Below are positions 25,695-35,376 of a stretch of 43,153 nucleotides of DNA, piece after piece (within the stretch, counting starts at the first letter, position 1; the number at the start of each line of letters is the position of its first letter). The translations under genes and the position numbers were made by a program. Origin of the DNA: an uncultured Christensenellaceae bacterium (GTDB taxonomy: Bacteria > Bacillota > Clostridia > Christensenellales > CALWSW01); contig CALWSW010000003.1 in the NCBI GenBank assembly GCA_944384305.1, positions 1-43,153 of the forward strand. Reading direction: 5' to 3'. The notes under the pieces were generated by a model that saw nothing but the letters and a program-made list of their open reading frames with translations, searched no databases and was not told the DNA's origin.

Positions 25695-27029
25695 TCAGTT
25701 TACGGTCACGGTCATGTACAGCTTTTCCATGCTGTCGTTGGGCTGCAGGGCACAGTCCACCGCAACGTCTCGCTTGCCGCTGCCCTGCTGAATGGTGATA
25801 TCTTCCGACGTAAAATTGCTGATGGCGTCAATGCCCTGATACTGCAAGGCCAGGGACACAAGGTCCGCCTTGAAAAGCTGGCGGCCGGTGTCGCTGTTGG
25901 TCACCAGGCCGATGTAGGAGTCGCCGAAGATCCGCGCGACGTCGTTCGCCCAGCCGTCCAGCACGCGGATCACGCGGTTGCTGGTCCAATCTTGCGTTTT
26001 TCCGCCGCCGAAGGTCGTCAGGCTGTTGATATCAGTCAGCACGCGCGCACGGCCGTTGTCGGCGTAAAAAACGAACTCGCCGGCGGTGATCGCCGCTTCG
26101 AACTGCGACTTCGTGTACTTGATATCCACATCCACAGCGTCGTCGTAGGCGGTATTCGTCAGGCTCTCGTTGACCTCTGCGCCGGCGGACGCGCCCGTCA
26201 CCCAAGCGACCGCCTGCGGCCCCGGCACTGTGGTCCCGTCGGTGAGCACAACGCCGTTTTTGACGTTGATCAGGCCGATATCGTCGGCCTTGTAATCGTA
26301 CAGCACACCGACGATCTTCTTGCCTTCATCGTCTCTAAGGCGCTTCACGAAAGTCGCGTAAAGGGCTTTTGTGGTATCGTCGTCGCCCGGGTAGCCGATC
26401 ACGTTGAAGGATTCCACTTCGAAGGCGTTCAGAGCCGCCGTGTGGGCGGCGCCGTTGACCGTGCCGTTCGTGCCGCCAGAAAGCGCGGCCGCAACTGCAA
26501 CCGTCAGCGTCTCTGCCGCGCCGAAGGTGACAAAGTCGTTCGCCTGCAGGCTTGCCGCGCCGCCGGCTTTGGGCACGGTCTGCGTGTCCATCGTCATGCC
26601 GTCAAGATAGGTCACGACGTCTACGGCATTTTCGTCGTCTGCGTTGGCGAGCACAGCAACGCGGATATCGTTGCCGCGCGTACCGCCTACGGCGGCCGTC
26701 ACGGTCATGCCACCCACAGATGCCGATGCTTTCGTACCGCCGGAATTGACCCGGTACACCAGCAGCGTGCGGGCTCGCTTGAGCGCTTCGCGGATGAGCA
26801 GGACTCCGGCCGCCGTGGGGTCGTAGCCCAGCAGGGTCATGGCGTTTTTGTTGAAGTCTTCCGAGGTGATCGTAAACACCTTGTTTTCCGGGCCCCAGTT
26901 CAGCTCGAGCGGCAGCGCGGCAACACCGCGCGCGCCCATCGAAACAACGCTCCCCAGGCTGACGAAGTTGATGTACGCGCCGGGGAGGATCTTGTTTTGT
27001 ACGGTAAAGGTTCCGCCGCCTACAGGCAT
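25695..27029 (-). CDS. Tail sheath protein (XkdK-like)
   Basis: GGGTFTVQNKILPGAYINF, LNWGP, KRLRDDEGKK, NRVIRVLD, MEKLYMTV; start ATG 27029 or GTG 27035. Confidence 0.95.
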   Translation of the reverse strand: MPVGGGTFTVQNKILPGAYINFVSLGSVVSMGARGVAALPLELNWGPENKVFTITSEDFNKNAMTLLGYDPTAAGVLLIREALKRARTLLVYRVNSGGTKASASVGGMTVTAAVGGTRGNDIRVAVLANADDENAVDVVTYLDGMTMDTQTVPKAGGAASLQANDFVTFGAAETLTVAVAAALSGGTNGTVNGAAHTAALNAFEVESFNVIGYPGDDDTTKALYATFVKRLRDDEGKKIVGVLYDYKADDIGLINVKNGVVLTDGTTVPGPQAVAWVTGASAGAEVNESLTNTAYDDAVDVDIKYTKSQFEAAITAGEFVFYADNGRARVLTDINSLTTFGGGKTQDWTSNRVIRVLDGWANDVARIFGDSYIGLVTNSDTGRQLFKADLVSLALQYQGIDAISNFTSEDITIQQGSGKRDVAVDCALQPNDSMEKLYMTVTVN

Positions 27030-27031
27030 GG

Positions 27032-27220
27032 TCACACCTCTCTTTTCAAATAATCAAGGACCAGGTCAACCGCCTGATCCTTCGTGTAGGTCTGCCCATC
27101 CTTCAAGACAGCCGCAACGGCATCACGGGGCAAACCAAGTGTTTTTGCTCTGACAAGCTGCTCTTTCGTAAAAGCCGACACCTCCACGGGCGCCGCCTTC
27201 TCTTTCTTTGCTGTTGTCAT
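27032..27220 (-). CDS. Small conserved phage protein preceding the sheath gene
   Basis: FTKEQLV..L..D...YT pattern; coupled to neighbours. Confidence 0.7.
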   Translation of the reverse strand: MTTAKKEKAAPVEVSAFTKEQLVRAKTLGLPRDAVAAVLKDGQTYTKDQAVDLVLDYLKREV

Positions 27221-27657
27221 TATTTCAGTTCCTCCGATTGTTCGAGCGTTTCCATAACGGGGAGTTCTGCAGGCGTTACGACAAAGAAGAAGCCGGCGTC
27301 GAAGGTAAACTGGTAGACGCGGGCGTTCTCATTCGGCCGGGCCTCCGCATTGGTCAATCTCACCAAGCGGGTCTTCCCTTCGGCCTCCCACACAGTCAAG
27401 GTCTCAAACTCGTCGTACATCCTCTCGGCCCAGGACTGAAACGCCATGGTCTCACCCGCCTGGAGAAAATAGAGGATCTCAAACTGAAGCGATCTTCGGT
27501 AACGCCGGTCGAGGTGCTTTTCCTGCGCAGATGAGATCATTCCCACGAAGAATTGCCCGTCGGCGTCTTTGGGAATCTCGTCTACATAAACCAGCCGTTC
27601 CGGCCAGATCTCCGTCAGCTTCGCCGCAATGGCTTCAAGGAAATCATTTAAAGTCAT
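27220..27657 (-). CDS. Tail terminator-like protein (XkdJ-like)
   Basis: Position before sheath; VYVDEIP..FFV..RY.R...FEILYF pattern. Confidence 0.7.
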   Translation of the reverse strand: MTLNDFLEAIAAKLTEIWPERLVYVDEIPKDADGQFFVGMISSAQEKHLDRRYRRSLQFEILYFLQAGETMAFQSWAERMYDEFETLTVWEAEGKTRLVRLTNAEARPNENARVYQFTFDAGFFFVVTPAELPVMETLEQSEELK

Positions 27658-28037
27658 GCCAGCGCAACCTCCTTCACGCAGATCTCCTGGTGGGTCGCGT
27701 ACAATGCCGGCCGTCCGACGACCACAAAATTCAGCATCCTGCCATTTAGATCTGTTCGGCCAAACCTTCGAAGAGCGATCTTGTCGCCCGGCAGTACGAT
27801 CAGTTCCGGAGCCGCAAATACCACAGCATCGTATTCGATCTCATTCTGCGCCTTGGTCTGTTGGCTGCTGTCGCCGCCCGAGTAAGACAATGCGCAGATC
27901 ACCCTTTCATACACCACGGCAGGAACTGCCTTTGTGATGCTGTTTTCACCCGTTACAGGCTCACTCCGGCTGATTGCCGCGATATCCTCGTAGGTCTGTT
28001 CGACCGCCACCCGCTCCGCGGCAGGATTCCCAAACAT
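27654..28037 (-). CDS. Head-tail adaptor/stopper (XkdH-like)
   Basis: CALSY, F.APEL.V.PGDKI, Y.THQEI motifs; synteny. Confidence 0.75.
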   Translation of the reverse strand: MFGNPAAERVAVEQTYEDIAAISRSEPVTGENSITKAVPAVVYERVICALSYSGGDSSQQTKAQNEIEYDAVVFAAPELIVLPGDKIALRRFGRTDLNGRMLNFVVVGRPALYATHQEICVKEVALA

Positions 28038-28038
28038 G

Positions 28039-28488
28039 CTACCACCTCAACTTCCGAAAACCGTTCAGCACCGTACGCCAGCCGAAAAAATCGCTCCCAT
28101 CCGCGCCGAGATTAAAGGTTGATGCCGATCCGGAAGACCCCGCGGAATTCGCAAAGGAGGTTTGCACATCCCCGCGCTTAACCGACGTAACCGCGCCGAC
28201 AGCGGCTTGAACAGTCCCCAGGCCAGCCGCCTTATAGTAACTCACGCACATGACGATCAACGCGTTTTCGAGCTGGGCGGGAAGGGCCTCCCAATTGATA
28301 TAAGCGAGGATGAGATCCTCGACCGTTTGAATAACAAACGCCAGGATCTCATCCTGTTCTTCGCCCTCGATGCCCAACAGAGCCTTGACCTTTTCCAGGC
28401 GGCTGTCCTTTGCCATCAGCACGCGCAGGACCTCCTTCTGTTCAAGGTCCGTCAGCCCTTCCAGGGAAGTTAAGATCTGCTGCAGCAT
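28039..28488 (-). CDS. Head-tail connector (SPP1 gp15-like)
   Basis: LEKVKALLG..DEIL.F..ILAYIN..LP..L, VTSVKRGDVQTSF, L..FRKLRW. Confidence 0.82.
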   Translation of the reverse strand: MLQQILTSLEGLTDLEQKEVLRVLMAKDSRLEKVKALLGIEGEEQDEILAFVIQTVEDLILAYINWEALPAQLENALIVMCVSYYKAAGLGTVQAAVGAVTSVKRGDVQTSFANSAGSSGSASTFNLGADGSDFFGWRTVLNGFRKLRW

Positions 28489-28509
28489 GCCGCACCGCCT
28501 TTCACCCAT

Positions 28510-28698
28510 TCACTCCGTGGTTTTTCCCCGTTTGGGGGGCTCTTTTCCCTCGTTCTTTTGTTCGCCTTCGGGCTCTTTTCCCTCGTTTTCTGCCGGCTTC
28601 TCCAGCCTCCGGTAATCCAGGCTCTTTTCAAGCTGTTCGGCAACCATCGCGTTTTTCGGTTCCAGCTGGACGCCTGTACGCACGTTGATAAACTTCAT
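28510..28698 (-). CDS. Small hypothetical protein after capsid
   Basis: ATG 28698 with AGGAG SD; charged low-complexity C-terminus. Confidence 0.6.
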   Translation of the reverse strand: MKFINVRTGVQLEPKNAMVAEQLEKSLDYRRLEKPAENEGKEPEGEQKNEGKEPPKRGKTTE

Positions 28699-28708
28699 TC
28701 CAATCTCC

Positions 28709-29602
28709 TTATTCACTCGTCACGCTGGTAGAGTAGGTGAAGATCAGGTCGGGGGTCAAGGCCTTCGTGCCGTAGTCGAAGAACATCGAGATGCCGAAAT
28801 CATTCGAAAGCGGGATCTTCTCTGGCTGGGCATAAGGATAAATCACAGCCGGCTGCGCCACGGCTCCCTCGATCATGGCGATCATGTGATAGGTCGTAGT
28901 CTTGGTCTTGGTGGTTTCGACGGTTTCGGTGGTCACGGGAAGGTTGATGGAAGAATAGACCCGGACGCCGTGGAACAGGGCGAAGTCCTCGGCGGCGGTG
29001 TCCACGTTGGCGTTGCTGGTGTTCTTGTCCAGGTAGGTGCGGAGCTTGCCGTAAGTCATGGGGTCGAGCACCAAGCGGATCATGTTGCGGGGCACACCGC
29101 GGACGTAGTCGTTCTTCACGGTTTCCAGCGTCTGGATCAGGGCTTCAACCTGGGCTTCGATGTCTGTTTCGGTGGTAGTGAAGGCAGTCCCCTCATTGGC
29201 CGCGCACAGGAAAAAGGCGGCGTCCAGCTCGGCCGCCACGGTATCGACGTGGTTGTCAGCACGCCGGGCCATGATGTTGCCGACGCCGAAGGTGTCCAGG
29301 TCGAACTTCGCAGCTTCCTCGACGATCTCGCGGTGGGTGTCCAAATTGACGGTGGTGGGGGGCACGGTGATCGCTTCGCCCTTGCCGGCGGCTCTGGCGG
29401 TACCATACGCCTGGCTGGCGCTGTTTCGGAAGCGTTTATATTCCACAGCCCCGGTCGCCGGGTTTCCGGTGTAGGACTGGGATTTCAGCCCGGCAGACAG
29501 GGTCTCTTTCTGGATGTTTGCAATCACAAGATTGGAGAGCTCTGCAAGATCGACTTTTGTAGAGCTGTCCTGCAGCAGGCTGAGCGCCTTGGTTCTTGCC
29601 AT
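28709..29602 (-). CDS. Major capsid protein
   Basis: 297 aa after scaffold, strong SD; typical C-terminal YGTKALTPDLI. Confidence 0.85.
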   Translation of the reverse strand: MARTKALSLLQDSSTKVDLAELSNLVIANIQKETLSAGLKSQSYTGNPATGAVEYKRFRNSASQAYGTARAAGKGEAITVPPTTVNLDTHREIVEEAAKFDLDTFGVGNIMARRADNHVDTVAAELDAAFFLCAANEGTAFTTTETDIEAQVEALIQTLETVKNDYVRGVPRNMIRLVLDPMTYGKLRTYLDKNTSNANVDTAAEDFALFHGVRVYSSINLPVTTETVETTKTKTTTYHMIAMIEGAVAQPAVIYPYAQPEKIPLSNDFGISMFFDYGTKALTPDLIFTYSTSVTSE

Positions 29603-29627
29603 GGGTATTCCTCCTTTTTGTTGTGGG

Positions 29628-30212
29628 TCAGATCACGACGGGGCCGGGGCTTTGCGCCTGTTCCTGCCGTGCGCCGGGGTCTGCGGGCTTTGCGCCCTTG
29701 ATCTCAGGGTTCTTTCCCTGGGCCTTGAACAGGTACGCCTTCGATTCCTTGTAGGGCTGCAGCAGGCTTTCTACGTCGGTTTTCAGCGCGCCCGCGCCGT
29801 CGACTTCGATTTTGTCCAAGTCCAGGAGAGGGATGATGTCGGCCGGGTCGTGTACTTTATCCGCCAGGGCCAACCGCAGGGCGGTGTTCTTCTGGATGCG
29901 CGCGATTTCCGCCTGGTGGTCGGTTTGCAGGGTTTCAATGGCGGTTTGGGCGGTCTTGACGTCGTCGGCGATTTTCGCCGGGTCGCCGGACCCGCCGATC
30001 GCCTTCAGGGCTTCGGCGGCGGCTTTCAGGGCGTTTTCCGCGCTGGCTTTGCCGCTGTTGGCGCCGTTGTATTTTTCGGCGGGAACAAAGGTGCCGTCGT
30101 TTCCGACGACCAGATCCACGTCCTTTCCGTCCTTGCCCTTTCCCTTCAGGGCGGCCTCTACTTGATTCGTCAGTTCTTCTCCCAGCAGGGTCTTCACGCT
30201 CTCAGTGATCAT
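29628..30212 (-). CDS. Capsid scaffolding protein (GP20-like)
   Basis: Coiled, FVPAEKYN, LLDLDKI, KESKAYLF motifs; precedes capsid. Confidence 0.85.
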   Translation of the reverse strand: MITESVKTLLGEELTNQVEAALKGKGKDGKDVDLVVGNDGTFVPAEKYNGANSGKASAENALKAAAEALKAIGGSGDPAKIADDVKTAQTAIETLQTDHQAEIARIQKNTALRLALADKVHDPADIIPLLDLDKIEVDGAGALKTDVESLLQPYKESKAYLFKAQGKNPEIKGAKPADPGARQEQAQSPGPVVI

Positions 30213-30304
30213 CTTTCCGTCCTTTCTTTTCCGCTGTGTTTACCGTGACTTCCACACGCTTTGCGGGCCCGCCGGTTCGCCGGGCGGGCGCAGCTTTGGG
30301 CATG

Positions 30305-30326
30305 AAAAAACGCCCAGGCGGGCGTT
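30305..30326 (-). terminator. Terminator-like hairpin after MuF/partner pair
   Basis: Minus strand AACGCCC-GCCT-GGGCGTT followed by TTTT. Confidence 0.55.
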
Positions 30327-30339
30327 GAATCATTATTCT

Positions 30340-30525
30340 TTATTGTTCTTCGTCAAGGTCGGCATGATAGGGGCATTCCCGACACGCCTTTTGCAAAGGT
30401 TTACTCAAAACAATTCCGTCTGGAAGTACTGACTGTGGCGCTTCGCCGTCAACAACCAGCACGATGCGGAAACAGGTATCACCGTCGACCTTTCCGCCGG
30501 TCACAGGACACTCTACCGTTTTCAT
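30340..30525 (-). CDS. Small Cys-containing protein (candidate immunity protein)
   Basis: 61 aa, CP..C..CxxCPYH; ATGA overlap with MuF gene. Confidence 0.7.
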   Translation of the reverse strand: MKTVECPVTGGKVDGDTCFRIVLVVDGEAPQSVLPDGIVLSKPLQKACRECPYHADLDEEQ

Positions 30526-32072
30526 CCGTCATATGCCTCCATAGTTGACTTTGTTTTTGCGTCGAATTCTTTGTGTGAAAAAGCGGTGTTGATTTTCCCG
30601 TCTTCGTTGATGTAGACCGCGCCGTCCGCGGAATAATAATTCGTTTTTGTTCCATCCCATCTGCGGCGGGTAATGGAAAACTTGGCTGTCCTTACATATT
30701 CTCGCGCCTGTTCCACTGTAACGCCGTGCCGCAAAGCATGGGAATCTAAAAATTCCAAAGACGCGGTCTCGATCTTTTGAGCAGGCACTCGAACCGTTCC
30801 GTTGATACCCGTCTCCTTGATTCGTTTAGCTGTTTCCCAATCTGCTTTGCTCGCTTCTGGAACACGTCCTTTATAAGAATAATGTTCTTTCAGAGCCGTC
30901 CATTCGTCAGGTTTGCTATATTTTATCCTCTGGAATTCTTCAAAAGCTTTCGGTGCATCCTCGCCCAGCCGGTCAACATATCTTTCAAACTGCTCTTCAT
31001 CTCTCGTTTGATTATAAAGCTTCTTCCGTTCCCGTTCAACATACCCTTCGCCGTGCGCGGCCACCTCCTGCGCATACCATTCTTTGTAGGTCATTCGCTT
31101 GGGCATGGGCTTCCCGGAGTTTTTCCAATCCAGGGCGTCCTCCGGGTCGTACTCCACCGTAGCGCAACGGCAATTGGGGTGGATGGGCGGGAAGTTCACG
31201 CCTTCTTTGGCGTCGTCGTAGGCGAAATGCTCGCCATCGAGCGCGCCACAGACCGGACAGGTCCTGTATTGCGGCGTGGCAAGGAACTCGTATTCCTGTA
31301 CACCCGCGGCTTTGTAGGCCAGTTTGTCCGACTCCCCGTGGAAATGCGCCGTCTCGGTGCGGATCAGCCGCTCGGCAGCCTTGTAGGATTGCCCTAGTCT
31401 GTCCGAGAGCTCTTTGGACATCTCTGCAATGCTTTTCCCCTGGATCACGCCTTGGGTAATGGTCGAGCGCGCTTGGAAGAGCAGCGCCTGTTTGTTCTGC
31501 CACAGGCGATCGGAAAACATCGCTCCCGACCAAGGGTAGGAGAGCACCTCTTCGACCATTTCCTCGTCGATTTTCACAAATTCGCCGATGAACCCGGCGC
31601 GCGACTGGATATCGTAGACCTTTTTGTAGTAACCTTCTTCGAATTCCTCGCCGAACTCTGCCTGCATCTCCGTCACGCCTCGCTCCCACAACTCGTTGAG
31701 CTTGAGGTCGATCTGCCCCAGCAAGGCTTCCAGGCGAGAGATCTGGCTATTGGTGGACAGCGCGTCGAGGTGAGCAATCAGCAGCTCTTTGACAACAGGA
31801 TCGGCTTCACGGGCGATCCGCTCAACGTAAGCGCCCAGGTCCGCCCGCCACTCCTGGAACTCCCTTTTGTTCAGCAGTTTTATGGCCTGCTCGTAGGTCA
31901 GGCCGTATTTGCCGGCATACTTGGTGTAAAAATCGTGGATCTCCCGCCGGATGGCCTTTGCCGCGGCATCATAGTGCTTGAACATCGACTCCGTGAGCTT
32001 GTTGCCCCGCTCATAGGCTTCCCGTTCCCGCTGCCGCGCCCTGTTCGCCCAGTATTCCTTATCCCGCTGCAT
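30522..32072 (-). CDS. Minor capsid protein (SPP1 gp7/MuF) with C-terminal extension
   Basis: EYWANRA, WSGAMFSDRLW, AERLIRTE, RTCPVCGALDG, PPIHPNCRC, MTYKEWY, then about 180 extra residues. Confidence 0.9.
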   Translation of the reverse strand: MQRDKEYWANRARQREREAYERGNKLTESMFKHYDAAAKAIRREIHDFYTKYAGKYGLTYEQAIKLLNKREFQEWRADLGAYVERIAREADPVVKELLIAHLDALSTNSQISRLEALLGQIDLKLNELWERGVTEMQAEFGEEFEEGYYKKVYDIQSRAGFIGEFVKIDEEMVEEVLSYPWSGAMFSDRLWQNKQALLFQARSTITQGVIQGKSIAEMSKELSDRLGQSYKAAERLIRTETAHFHGESDKLAYKAAGVQEYEFLATPQYRTCPVCGALDGEHFAYDDAKEGVNFPPIHPNCRCATVEYDPEDALDWKNSGKPMPKRMTYKEWYAQEVAAHGEGYVERERKKLYNQTRDEEQFERYVDRLGEDAPKAFEEFQRIKYSKPDEWTALKEHYSYKGRVPEASKADWETAKRIKETGINGTVRVPAQKIETASLEFLDSHALRHGVTVEQAREYVRTAKFSITRRRWDGTKTNYYSADGAVYINEDGKINTAFSHKEFDAKTKSTMEAYDG

Positions 32073-33552
32073 TCAGTTCACCCTGTGCATCGGGGTCCTG
32101 GGGTTCTGCGCTGCGGCGCCCCGCCGCCAGGCTGCCGTCGAACAGTCCCGCGCCGAAGCTCTCCATGGCCTGCTGCTTTTCTTTCTCGATCTGCTCCTGC
32201 TCCTCTTCTGCGTCTTCCACCCATGGATGGTTTTTGAGGATGGTCCGGCTGGAGATCAACCCTTCGCTGTTGCGGGCGTTGGTGATGACGTCGGTCTCGT
32301 TGACCGGCATGTCCATGTTGAAGATAATGTCAAAATCCTCTTCCGTAAAATCTCCTTTGCCGGTGATCTGGAAGCATACATCCAGGAAAAGCTTGAGCCG
32401 TTGAAACGTGTCTTTCAGCTCGCTGCCCAGCGCCGCGCAGTCGGCATCAAGGTCCATATACCGGAAGTTGATCGCCGTTCCGCTGGCGTTCCCCAGCTCT
32501 GGGTCTTTGGTGTCGACCGCCGCCGCAAAATCGTAAATATCCCGCCGCTCGTTGTCCAGGAAGGCCATGACGGCGTCGATGTTCAGGTCGGCCGTCAGTT
32601 TGTCCACGCCGCCGTCGGCATCCACCTTGATCGCAAGGTGATCTTTGAGATCCTTTAGGAACTCCCCGAGGTCCGCGCCGCCGTAGTTTCGCAGCACGTA
32701 AATGAATTTTGCCACGTCACGAAGGACGTCGGCCGTCACGCTGTTTTGCCAGTTGATGTCGTCTATCAGATCCCTTATGAAGTACTGCAGCGGCAGCTCT
32801 TCCTCGTTGTACTTGAGCCACAAAAGGGGAGGGGCCTCCCAGTTGTAGGCCCTGCCGCCCACTGTAAAGTGCGGCTCCGTCCAGTCGTTGCTTTCCTCTC
32901 CGTGTTCTTTGTCCACGTAAAAATCGCCGGCGCCCGCGCCGGAGAACAGGTCGGTTTTGTAGTATTGCACCCCGCCCGGCCACCAGAATTCAGCGTGTGT
33001 GATGGTGTGCTTGCGCATTCCGGTATACACGGTTTGGTCGTAAAAGCGAATGAAAGCCGAAAGCTGCGTGTGCTCGGCGTCCTCCCACAGCGGCACCACT
33101 TCGGTGCTGGGCAGTCGAAGGAACGCCAGTTTGCCCTGGCTGTCGAAATAGGGTTGCAAATAGGCAATGCCGGACTTTACAGCGCCCTTCCCCAGGCTTT
33201 TGATCTTTCGGCGGAAGGTCTGGTCGAAGACGCCGTTCAGGGCTTCGCCGTATGCTGCGTTTTGCGTGTCGACCGTCCATGGTTTGGAAAGCAGGTAATT
33301 CGCCTTCTGATCGACCAGCTTCTTCAGGATGGGGCGCTCTATTTTCGTGTTGGAGCGGCTGCGAAGGTCAACGGTCTTTTGCTGCACGCTTGAACGGTTG
33401 CGGTAGTAGGCTTCCGCTTCCAGCATGATGGCGTACTCAGGCGAGCGCCGGAATTCCCGAATCTCCTCGCTTATGATCTGCGCCATGGTCATGGGCGCGT
33501 TTTCTGGGTCCGCAAGCACCAGGTTGATCCGGTCCATGGCAGTGTATTCCAT
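32059..33552 (-). CDS. Portal protein (SPP1 gp6-like)
   Basis: KKLVDQKANYLL, LIDD, GNASGTAINFRY..LD, ISSRTIL..HPWVED; follows terL. Confidence 0.93.
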   Translation of the reverse strand: MEYTAMDRINLVLADPENAPMTMAQIISEEIREFRRSPEYAIMLEAEAYYRNRSSVQQKTVDLRSRSNTKIERPILKKLVDQKANYLLSKPWTVDTQNAAYGEALNGVFDQTFRRKIKSLGKGAVKSGIAYLQPYFDSQGKLAFLRLPSTEVVPLWEDAEHTQLSAFIRFYDQTVYTGMRKHTITHAEFWWPGGVQYYKTDLFSGAGAGDFYVDKEHGEESNDWTEPHFTVGGRAYNWEAPPLLWLKYNEEELPLQYFIRDLIDDINWQNSVTADVLRDVAKFIYVLRNYGGADLGEFLKDLKDHLAIKVDADGGVDKLTADLNIDAVMAFLDNERRDIYDFAAAVDTKDPELGNASGTAINFRYMDLDADCAALGSELKDTFQRLKLFLDVCFQITGKGDFTEEDFDIIFNMDMPVNETDVITNARNSEGLISSRTILKNHPWVEDAEEEQEQIEKEKQQAMESFGAGLFDGSLAAGRRSAEPQDPDAQGELNAAG

Positions 33553-33561
33553 TCGCTCACC

Positions 33562-34833
33562 TCACTTCAATATCGAAATGGACGGGCCGCGCCGCAGCCG
33601 CTCTACGCTGTAGCGCAGCGCGGCCATGGCGTCGTCCATGAACTCGACAGGCTCATCTATGTAGAGTCCCGTTGCTGGGTCTTTTTTCCACTTCCACTGC
33701 TGCGCTTCCTTGATCGTGTTCACGCAGGAGGGGTGAATGTGGATCTTCCGCCCCTTCAAAAAGTCGATCTGCGCCTTCACGCTGCCCGGATCCTTTTTTA
33801 CTGCGCGGGCACGGAAGCCAGCCTTCTGCCAGGTCTTGATCCGGTCTGGTTCCGCCGAATCGCACCACATTTCAGTCTTTGGGTCAATGCCTGCGCTTTT
33901 TGCCATGCCGATGATCTCGCCGGTGTCCTTCTCAAAGCAGTACACTTCCGATGTGATGTACAGTTCTCCATCCTTCCATCCAACGCCCAGGATGGCGTTC
34001 GCGTGGTTGTATCCGAAGTCCTGGCCATAATAAAAGGCATCGAAGCAGTTCCGTGCGGTCGGGAAGTCGTGGATCTCGTAGTTCGTCAGAATCAGGCCGC
34101 CCAGCTCTCCCCATTCGCCCAGGCCATAAATTCGATAACCTTCCGGATCTTCGATTTTGCGGCGCTCCATGCGCCTGTAATAAGCAGGATCGATAAACCG
34201 ATTATCGCGATATGTGGAATGATGCGTCAGCACGTCCGGGTCTGTGCGGTCAAAATACCGGGCCTTGATCCAATGCATCGAACTGACCGGATTGAAGGTC
34301 ATCGTAATCTGGTAGTACAGGTTGGGGTTGATGCCTGCAAGATCGCCACGCAGGCGGTCGTCGAGAATGTCTGCGTCCTCTGGCAGCAGCTCGGTCGCTT
34401 CTTCGCACCAGATCCACACCAGTTTGCCATTTTTGAATGTGATGGACTTTACTTTCTCGCGCTGGCGCTGGTCCTTCACGCCCCGGAAGATGACCCGGTT
34501 CCCAGTGATTCGGCATTCCAGCGCCAGTGGGTTCAGATTGACTTTCCACGCCCGCTCGGCAAAAGGTCCAAACATGCGATAGATCGCCGCCTGCAGCTCC
34601 GCGAACGTGCTGTCCCGGTTGGTCTCCTCGATCTTGCGGACAACCAGCAGGTTCGCGCCGGCATAAGAAGGGTCGGACAGTTTGGCAATGTAGTCCTGCG
34701 CGATGTTGACGGACTTCCCACTGCCCGCAGAGCCTTTTAGGATGCGGTATCTGCCGCGCCACTCATTGACAGGGCGAAAGACGGGATTGAACCGCGCCGC
34801 CGTGTTGATTTTAACTTTCGTCTCCGTAATCAT
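33562..34833 (-). CDS. terL: Terminase large subunit (PBSX family)
   Basis: KGSAGSGKS Walker A, WCEEATE Walker B, TFNP, YGLGEWG, GQDFG, CDSAEP, DDAMAALRY. Confidence 0.96.
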   Translation of the reverse strand: MITETKVKINTAARFNPVFRPVNEWRGRYRILKGSAGSGKSVNIAQDYIAKLSDPSYAGANLLVVRKIEETNRDSTFAELQAAIYRMFGPFAERAWKVNLNPLALECRITGNRVIFRGVKDQRQREKVKSITFKNGKLVWIWCEEATELLPEDADILDDRLRGDLAGINPNLYYQITMTFNPVSSMHWIKARYFDRTDPDVLTHHSTYRDNRFIDPAYYRRMERRKIEDPEGYRIYGLGEWGELGGLILTNYEIHDFPTARNCFDAFYYGQDFGYNHANAILGVGWKDGELYITSEVYCFEKDTGEIIGMAKSAGIDPKTEMWCDSAEPDRIKTWQKAGFRARAVKKDPGSVKAQIDFLKGRKIHIHPSCVNTIKEAQQWKWKKDPATGLYIDEPVEFMDDAMAALRYSVERLRRGPSISILK

Positions 34834-35323
34834 AGTTGATCACCACCGTTACAGGCGCGGCGCTGTCCGGGCTGTCCTTGAACATTCCCAGGTGCTTACC
34901 GCACAGTTCCAGCGCTTTCAACTTGTCGGCCATTCTGACCTCGCGCTCAATGCCTTCGCCGTCTTCGCTGTGGATCACCTTCACCCGGACGGATGCGATC
35001 GCCGCCGTATCCTCCCGGCTGGCATCCGCGCGCACCATACCCGTATCCGTGTCGATCAGGTCGATCGGGTTGACGAAGGCGATTTTGCCCAGTTCCTGCA
35101 GCACGCGGTCTGCGGTGACGCCCGTCCGGCGGGAGCGTTCGGCCAGTGCCTTCTCTACGCGCGCGCGGATTTCAGGTTTTTTCAATAATTCGTGGCCGAT
35201 GCTGCCCGCCGATTCCGGCGAATACCCCGCGCGGATGGCGGCCTGCGTAGCGTTTAAATCAACCAAATACTCTTCGCAAAACAGTTTGTTTCTTTTGGTT
35301 AGATTTTGCTTGTTTCCTGCCAT
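34811..35323 (-). CDS. terS: Terminase small subunit
   Basis: FCEEYLVDLNATQAAIRAGYS, DKLKALEL.GKHLGMF; ATG 35323 after GGAGGTG. Confidence 0.95.
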   Translation of the reverse strand: MAGNKQNLTKRNKLFCEEYLVDLNATQAAIRAGYSPESAGSIGHELLKKPEIRARVEKALAERSRRTGVTADRVLQELGKIAFVNPIDLIDTDTGMVRADASREDTAAIASVRVKVIHSEDGEGIEREVRMADKLKALELCGKHLGMFKDSPDSAAPVTVVINYDYGDES

Positions 35324-35342
35324 GGGCTTCACCTCCTTCCGC

Positions 35343-35369
35343 AAAAAAGGAGCGCGTGCAACGCCCCTT
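35343..35369 (-). terminator. Terminator-like hairpin ending the low-GC moron
   Basis: Minus strand AAGGGGCG-TTGCACG-CGCTCCTT then TTTT. Confidence 0.5.
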
Positions 35370-35376
35370 CAACAAA

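Noticed and set aside
18562-28488. Tailocin/PBSX-like defective element
   Set aside because: Terminase, portal, scaffold, capsid and cI/cro are all present and appear intact.
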